A stretch of 64,000 bases of DNA from Simkaniaceae bacterium (lineage in GTDB: Bacteria > Chlamydiota > Chlamydiia > Chlamydiales > JAJFMI01). The DNA is taken from positions 1 to 64,000 of the forward strand of contig JBBDIZ010000027.1 of the NCBI GenBank assembly GCA_040880145.1. Direction: 5' to 3'. Both the position numbers and the translations under genes were made by a program. The first letter of the stretch is position 1. Every line of letters starts with the position of its first letter. Positions 59,200 through 64,000 of the stretch are shown in pieces. A model generated the notes under the pieces. That model searched no databases and had not been told where the DNA came from. It saw only the letters and a program-made list of their open reading frames with translations.

Positions 59200-60953
59200 A
59201 CGAATTAAGAAAATCGATGAGCGGCCGGATGGTAACGCTCTCGGGATGGGTTCATAAACGAAGAGATCATGGCGGACTCATCTTCATCGATCTTCGGGAT
59301 CGCTTTGGTCTAACGCAGCTCATTTTTGATCCGAAAACAGCTCCCGGAACCCATAATGCTGCGACTTTTCTCCGATTAGAGTGGGTCATTAGCATTAAAG
59401 GTCGTGTCAGACCCCGAATTAAGGGGCAAGAAAACCCGAATCTTCCAACAGGAGCGGTCGAAGTCGAGGTTTTAGAGCTTCACATTTTGTCCGAAGCAAG
59501 TGCACTTCCCATCGTAATCTCTGATTCGCATACAGAGATTAGCGAAGACGTGGCGCTTAAATACCGCTATCTCACTCTTCGAAAAGAAAAAATCACCCAA
59601 AATCTTGTAAAGCGCCACAAGACAATGATGGCGACTCGAAAGTTTTTAGATCAATCGGGATTTTTAGAGATTTCAACGCCTATTTTAGCAAAAGCAACCC
59701 CTGAAGGCGCTCGCGATTATTTAGTTCCCTCTAGACTCTATCACGGCCATTTTTATGCACTTCCTCAATCCCCTCAAATTTTCAAACAGCTCTTAATGAT
59801 TGGCGGCTTGGACCGCTACTTCCAAATCGCTCCCTGCTTTCGAGATGAGGATTTGCGCGCTGATCGGCAGCCCGAATTCCACCAAATCGATATCGAACTA
59901 AGCTTTGGAACTCCAGATGAAACCATTGCGATCACAGAGGAACTATTAAAAGCTATTTTTTCCGAAGTTTTGGGCTGCTCCATTCAACCTCCTTTCAATC
60001 GCATGTCCCACTTAAATGCGCTCGAACACTATGGTACGGATCGTCCTGACCTCCGATTTAATATGCCCCTTGTCCGCTTAACTGACGTTGCCCTTCGCTC
60101 GAACTTCTCTCTTTTTAAAGAGGCTGTCGAAGGCGGCTCTATTGTCAAAGCGATTACCTTGAAAAATGGCGCCAAGCTCTCACGTAAAGAAATTGAAAAA
60201 TTGACCGAATTTGTAAAGCCATTCGGCCTAAAGGGTCTCGCTTTTATGAAGCATACAAATGAAGGATTTAGCTCAAGCATTGTCAAATTTTTTGATCAAG
60301 AGCTTCTTTTAGAAATTGAGAATCGAATGAAATCAGAAGTAGACGACCTGATTCTCTTTGCCTCTGCTGCTGAACCTATCGTCAATCAATCTCTCGATCA
60401 CTTGCGCCGTAAACTGGCTTTAGACTTCAACCTCTATGACCCCTCCGACTTAGCCTTTGTTTGGGTTGTAGACTTTCCACTTTTTGCCTATGATGAAGAT
60501 GATAAACGCCTCGTATCTGAGCACCATCCCTTTACAGCCCCCCATCCCGATGATCTTCATTTACTCGATAGCGATCCATTAAAAGCGCGATCCCTTGCCT
60601 ATGATATCGTTTTAAATGGTTACGAGATAGGAGGCGGATCGCAAAGAATCCACTCGCCTGAAACTCAGACAAAAATTTTTCAAATTTTGAAACTGTCAGC
60701 CGAAAAAATTAATGAGAAATTTGGATTTTTCACTGAAGCCCTCTCTTATGGCACCCCTCCTCACGGCGGAATTGCCCTTGGTGTCGATCGTCTCGTCATG
60801 ATCTTATCCAATACTGAAAATATCCGAGAGGTCATTGCATTCCCAAAAACTGCGAAAGCAAATGACCTAATGATGGCGTGTCCCTCTTCTGTCGAGTCAA
60901 GACAACTTACAGACCTTGGATTACAATTACTTGAATCAAAAGAGTTATCCTAG
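59169..60953 (+). CDS. aspS: Aspartyl-tRNA synthetase (probably non-discriminating)
   Basis: RRDHGG, TPEGARDY, LPQSPQ, FRDEDLRADRQPEF, PPHGG. Confidence 0.98.
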   Translation: MFDYRRTHKLDELRKSMSGRMVTLSGWVHKRRDHGGLIFIDLRDRFGLTQLIFDPKTAPGTHNAATFLRLEWVISIKGRVRPRIKGQENPNLPTGAVEVEVLELHILSEASALPIVISDSHTEISEDVALKYRYLTLRKEKITQNLVKRHKTMMATRKFLDQSGFLEISTPILAKATPEGARDYLVPSRLYHGHFYALPQSPQIFKQLLMIGGLDRYFQIAPCFRDEDLRADRQPEFHQIDIELSFGTPDETIAITEELLKAIFSEVLGCSIQPPFNRMSHLNALEHYGTDRPDLRFNMPLVRLTDVALRSNFSLFKEAVEGGSIVKAITLKNGAKLSRKEIEKLTEFVKPFGLKGLAFMKHTNEGFSSSIVKFFDQELLLEIENRMKSEVDDLILFASAAEPIVNQSLDHLRRKLALDFNLYDPSDLAFVWVVDFPLFAYDEDDKRLVSEHHPFTAPHPDDLHLLDSDPLKARSLAYDIVLNGYEIGGGSQRIHSPETQTKIFQILKLSAEKINEKFGFFTEALSYGTPPHGGIALGVDRLVMILSNTENIREVIAFPKTAKANDLMMACPSSVESRQLTDLGLQLLESKELS

Positions 60954-60989
60954 GTATAATTCAAGTTTACAATCATTTACGGAGAGACC

Positions 60990-61790
60990 ATGAGTAAAAT
61001 TTTTAAAATCATGACCGCCTTGATACTCACCACTTCTCTTATCCCTCTCTTTTCTAATGGAGAGATGAACGAAGAAACGAGCAAGGAACCCTCAAAAGAG
61101 GAAAAGACTCAAGTCAACCTCAAAGAAGTTTCAGAGGCTTTTGGCCATCTCATTGGGAAAAACCTGGATACTCTCGGTTTTAACATTGATATCCAAGCAG
61201 TCGTTCAAGGAATTATGGATTCAGCAGCCGGAAAGGACGCTCCGATGAGCGAAAATGAGTGTGTTCAAGCCATTTCGGAAGCTCAAGAAAAAGCTTTTCT
61301 GCAAGAAGCCGATACCAATTTAAAACTTGCTGACAAATTCATGCATGAAAATGAACATGAAGATCAGATCGTTGTCCTCGAAAAAGAGAAACTTCACTAT
61401 CGAGTCATTCAAGAAGGGAAAGGCGCTGTTGTCGAAGAACACTTCCAGCCCCTTATCAAATATACAGGTCGATTTTTAGATGGATCCGTTTTCGGCTCTT
61501 CAAAAGAAGAAGAAATGATCTCTCTCGACGAGACTATTCCAGGTTTCTGTCGTGGAATTGTAGGGATGAAAGAAGGCGAAAAACGCACACTTTTCATCCA
61601 TCCAGAACTTGGCTACGGAACTTCAGGCTACCTTCCTCCAAACTCCCTTCTCTCTTTTGAAATTGAAGTTATGAAGGCGAATGGGAACGAAGATGACCAA
61701 GAATCATTAACATCAAATATCCACGCGCAAGATCAAACCGATGAAGAAATCGCCCTTCCTGAACGCACCCCAACCGACAACGTCCGATAA
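60990..61790 (+). CDS. mip: Mip-type FKBP peptidyl-prolyl isomerase
   Basis: Signal peptide, SEAFGHLIG dimerisation domain, YTGRFLDGSVF, IHPELGYG, LSFEIEV. Confidence 0.92.
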   Translation: MSKIFKIMTALILTTSLIPLFSNGEMNEETSKEPSKEEKTQVNLKEVSEAFGHLIGKNLDTLGFNIDIQAVVQGIMDSAAGKDAPMSENECVQAISEAQEKAFLQEADTNLKLADKFMHENEHEDQIVVLEKEKLHYRVIQEGKGAVVEEHFQPLIKYTGRFLDGSVFGSSKEEEMISLDETIPGFCRGIVGMKEGEKRTLFIHPELGYGTSGYLPPNSLLSFEIEVMKANGNEDDQESLTSNIHAQDQTDEEIALPERTPTDNVR

Positions 61791-62283
61791 ATCCATTAGG
61801 ACCTCAGAAAAAGAGGTCCTAAAAATTATCCTTTTTCAGCCGCAAATTCCTGCAAACACCGGCAATATTGTCCGGACTGCACACGTAACAGGTGCCTCGT
61901 TAAGCTTAGTGAGGCCCTTAGGTTTTAGCGTAAGCAATCGACACCTAAAAAGAGCCGGATTAGATTATTGGGAAGGAGTCGATGTCACCTTCATCGATGA
62001 TTTATTTGAATATCTTAAAAGAACAAACAGGCGCCCTATCTTTTTTTCAAGTCAAGCATCTCAATCTTATACTGAGATTCAATATCAAACCGATGACATG
62101 CTGATCTTCGGTTCAGAAACAGAAGGTCTTCCATCAATTTTTAAAGAAAATTGGCCTGAAAATTTTGTAACTCTCCCAATGAAAAAAGGGGCACGCTGCT
62201 TGAACTTGTCAAACAGCGTAGCGATTGCCCTTTATGAGGCCTGGCGTCAAATTGAATTTAAACCGATGTCACAAAACTCTTGA
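61741..62283 (+). CDS. trmL: tRNA (cytidine/uridine-34-2'-O)-methyltransferase (start uncertain)
   Basis: PQIPANTGNI, RAGLDYW, FGSETEGL, RCLNLSN, YEAWRQ. Confidence 0.93.
   Translation: MKKSPFLNAPQPTTSDKSIRTSEKEVLKIILFQPQIPANTGNIVRTAHVTGASLSLVRPLGFSVSNRHLKRAGLDYWEGVDVTFIDDLFEYLKRTNRRPIFFSSQASQSYTEIQYQTDDMLIFGSETEGLPSIFKENWPENFVTLPMKKGARCLNLSNSVAIALYEAWRQIEFKPMSQNS
61796..61822 (+). promoter_or_regulatory. Perfect 10-bp hairpin at the mip/trmL junction, containing an SD-like GAGG
   Basis: TTAGGACCTC-AGAAAAA-GAGGTCCTAA. Confidence 0.6.
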
Positions 62284-62581
62284 TGCCACTCGCATCGCGA
62301 AGTCCCACCAAGCGATTGACTTCCTTGCCATCTTTAAAAAGAATAAGAGTCGGAACAGAGGTGACTTGATAATCTGATGCCACCTTTTGATTTTGATCGA
62401 TATCAACTTTCGCAAAGGTGACGCTTCCGTGCATTTCACCTGCAACCTCTTCTAAGACAGGTGTTAACATGCGGCAGGGGCCGCACCAGTCGGCGTAAAA
62501 ATCAATAAGGGTCACACCCGCTTTGATGGACTCTTCAAAATTAGCATCTGTAAAATGTTTGATTAACGTCTCTTCAGTCAT
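62258..62581 (-). CDS. trxA: Thioredoxin
   Basis: DFYADWCGPC, SVPTL. Confidence 0.97.
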   Translation of the reverse strand: MTEETLIKHFTDANFEESIKAGVTLIDFYADWCGPCRMLTPVLEEVAGEMHGSVTFAKVDIDQNQKVASDYQVTSVPTLILFKDGKEVNRLVGLRDASGIKSFVTSV

Positions 62582-62596
62582 AATTCCTCTTAGATT

Positions 62597-63898
62597 TTAG
62601 TTTGTTTGATTTGCTCTTGTTTTCAATTCTTCAAAGGCCTTCTCGATGGACTTTGTAATTTCTTTCATCGCCTCTTTTTTAGGAAGGTGATTGAAGTCAC
62701 TTGCATAGATTGGTAATCCAAAGTAACAACTTATCCGACCTCCAAAAAGCTTCGGAAATTTACGATCTCTTGGCCAAATTTTTTCGACCCCATCGATATA
62801 GAGAGGATGGATCAGGCTATTAGCCCTTTGGCAGATGAGCGCCACCCCAGGTTTAATCGGTTGCAGCGTGATTGATCGAGAGCCTTCCGGGAAAAGCAAC
62901 ACCTTTTTTCCTTTTTTAATGAACCCTTCGACTTTTTTAAAAACAGCAATGTCCCCGGCGCCTCCCTTGACAGGATGAGAATTTAATGCTCGAATAAAAC
63001 GGCCGAATATTCCGCGAAAGAGCGTCTCTCGAGCTAAAAAATGAAGCTCTTCAGGATAGAGGGACGCAATGATCGGAGGATCAAAAAATGAGACATGATT
63101 AGGAGCTACAATGCCGCCTCCTTTTCGAAAATTTTCTAAACCAAAAACTTTTAAACGATGACAGCTTTTAAAGTAGCAAAAGGTTAAAAAAATGGTAACT
63201 CGATAGAAAAATTTTAATTTTGGCAGCAAAAAAGGAAAACGCCTTCTATTTAAAACTTTTTTCCACTGGGAAAAAAGCGTTTGAACCACCTCCTCGATGG
63301 ACCTCTTGCTCGTATCTACCAAAATAGCATCACTTGGGCATTTAAGAGGCGCAAGCTTTCGAGAGGAGTCCCTTTGATCCCGCTCAGAAATTTCTTGCTC
63401 GATCTCATTTAATTCAAAGTTTTTATCAGGGAATTTTTTCTTCAACTCTAAAAGGCGTCTTTCAGCGCGTACGCGTCTACTTGCTGTTAAATATATTTTT
63501 AAATCAGCATACGGAAAAACAACTGTTCCCATATCGCGCCCTTCGAAAACGGCAGATTTCCTTCCCTCGTCTTGTTGAATCTTAAGCAACTTTTTACGCA
63601 CGACCGGATAAGTGGAAATGATCGATGCAATCCGGCTGATTTCATTTTGTCGGATTTTTATGGTGACCTCCTCATCAAAGAGAAAGAACCGCCCCTTGTT
63701 TATCGAAAAGCGAAACCCATCTATGACCTTAGATATTTCATTTTCATCATTGCAATTGACTCCTTTTTGGCTGAGAAAAAGCGCTAAAGTGCGATAAATC
63801 GCACCTGTATCTACATGTTGATACTTAAGTTTTTGAGCCAACCCCTTTGCAACGGTTGACTTTCCACACCCAGAGGGTCCATCAATCGTAATGATCAT
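62597..63898 (-). CDS. cmk: Cytidylate kinase / 1-acyl-sn-glycerol-3-phosphate acyltransferase fusion (Cmk-PlsC)
   Basis: N-half IDGPSGCGKST, DTGAIYR, EGRDMGTVVFP; C-half NHVSFFD, FPEGSRS; one uninterrupted frame. Confidence 0.93.
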   Translation of the reverse strand: MIITIDGPSGCGKSTVAKGLAQKLKYQHVDTGAIYRTLALFLSQKGVNCNDENEISKVIDGFRFSINKGRFFLFDEEVTIKIRQNEISRIASIISTYPVVRKKLLKIQQDEGRKSAVFEGRDMGTVVFPYADLKIYLTASRRVRAERRLLELKKKFPDKNFELNEIEQEISERDQRDSSRKLAPLKCPSDAILVDTSKRSIEEVVQTLFSQWKKVLNRRRFPFLLPKLKFFYRVTIFLTFCYFKSCHRLKVFGLENFRKGGGIVAPNHVSFFDPPIIASLYPEELHFLARETLFRGIFGRFIRALNSHPVKGGAGDIAVFKKVEGFIKKGKKVLLFPEGSRSITLQPIKPGVALICQRANSLIHPLYIDGVEKIWPRDRKFPKLFGGRISCYFGLPIYASDFNHLPKKEAMKEITKSIEKAFEELKTRANQTN

Positions 63899-63999
63899 GA
63901 ATACCCCATAACAAAATAAAAGAATGGCGTTGCAAAAAGAAGTGAATCAAGCATATCCAAAACGCCGCCGAGGCCTGGAAGCTGATTGCTATCTTTTAC
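63895..63999 (-). CDS. cdsA: Phosphatidate cytidylyltransferase, 3' end only (cut by window)
   Basis: Hand translation VKDSNQLPGLGGVLDMLDSLLFATPFFYFVMGYS* matches the CdsA signature; TGA overlaps the cmk ATG. Confidence 0.88.
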   Translation of the reverse strand, partial: VKDSNQLPGLGGVLDMLDSLLFATPFFYFVMGYS

Positions 64000-64000
64000 A

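Overview
Gene-dense, mostly housekeeping segment of an environmental Chlamydiota (non-Chlamydiaceae) chromosome. Chlamydial markers are a GrgA homologue next to gapA, the L17 insertion, a DksA lacking the 4-Cys zinc finger, and gene blocks ordered as in Chlamydia (sucB-gltT-lpxK; rplC-[Cap1 slot]-fmt-lpxA-fabZ-lpxC-lnt; dac-rsbW-lptE-bamD-dnaE-uhpC; hisS-aspS-mip-trmL-trxA; cdsA-cmk-plsC). icd and gmhA argue against Chlamydiaceae. The window holds the S10-spc-alpha ribosomal protein cluster, tRNA-Ser(GGA), a Zn/Mn ABC transporter, and lipid A and envelope genes. I saw no CRISPR array, prophage, transposase or defence system. The best leads are: (1) three tandem, diverged Inc-like membrane-hairpin proteins sharing a C-terminal motif, in the Cap1 position; (2) a GT11 glycosyltransferase and FkbM-like methyltransferase pair, both with signal-peptide-like N-termini; (3) a DnaE whose PHP domain appears to have lost 7 of 9 metal ligands; (4) an inverse autotransporter with a beta-helix passenger; (5) a Cmk-PlsC fusion coupled to cdsA; (6) gmhA coupled to lpxK; (7) probable non-AUG starts for lnt and trmL. 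All assignments come from reading motifs by eye; no searches were run.
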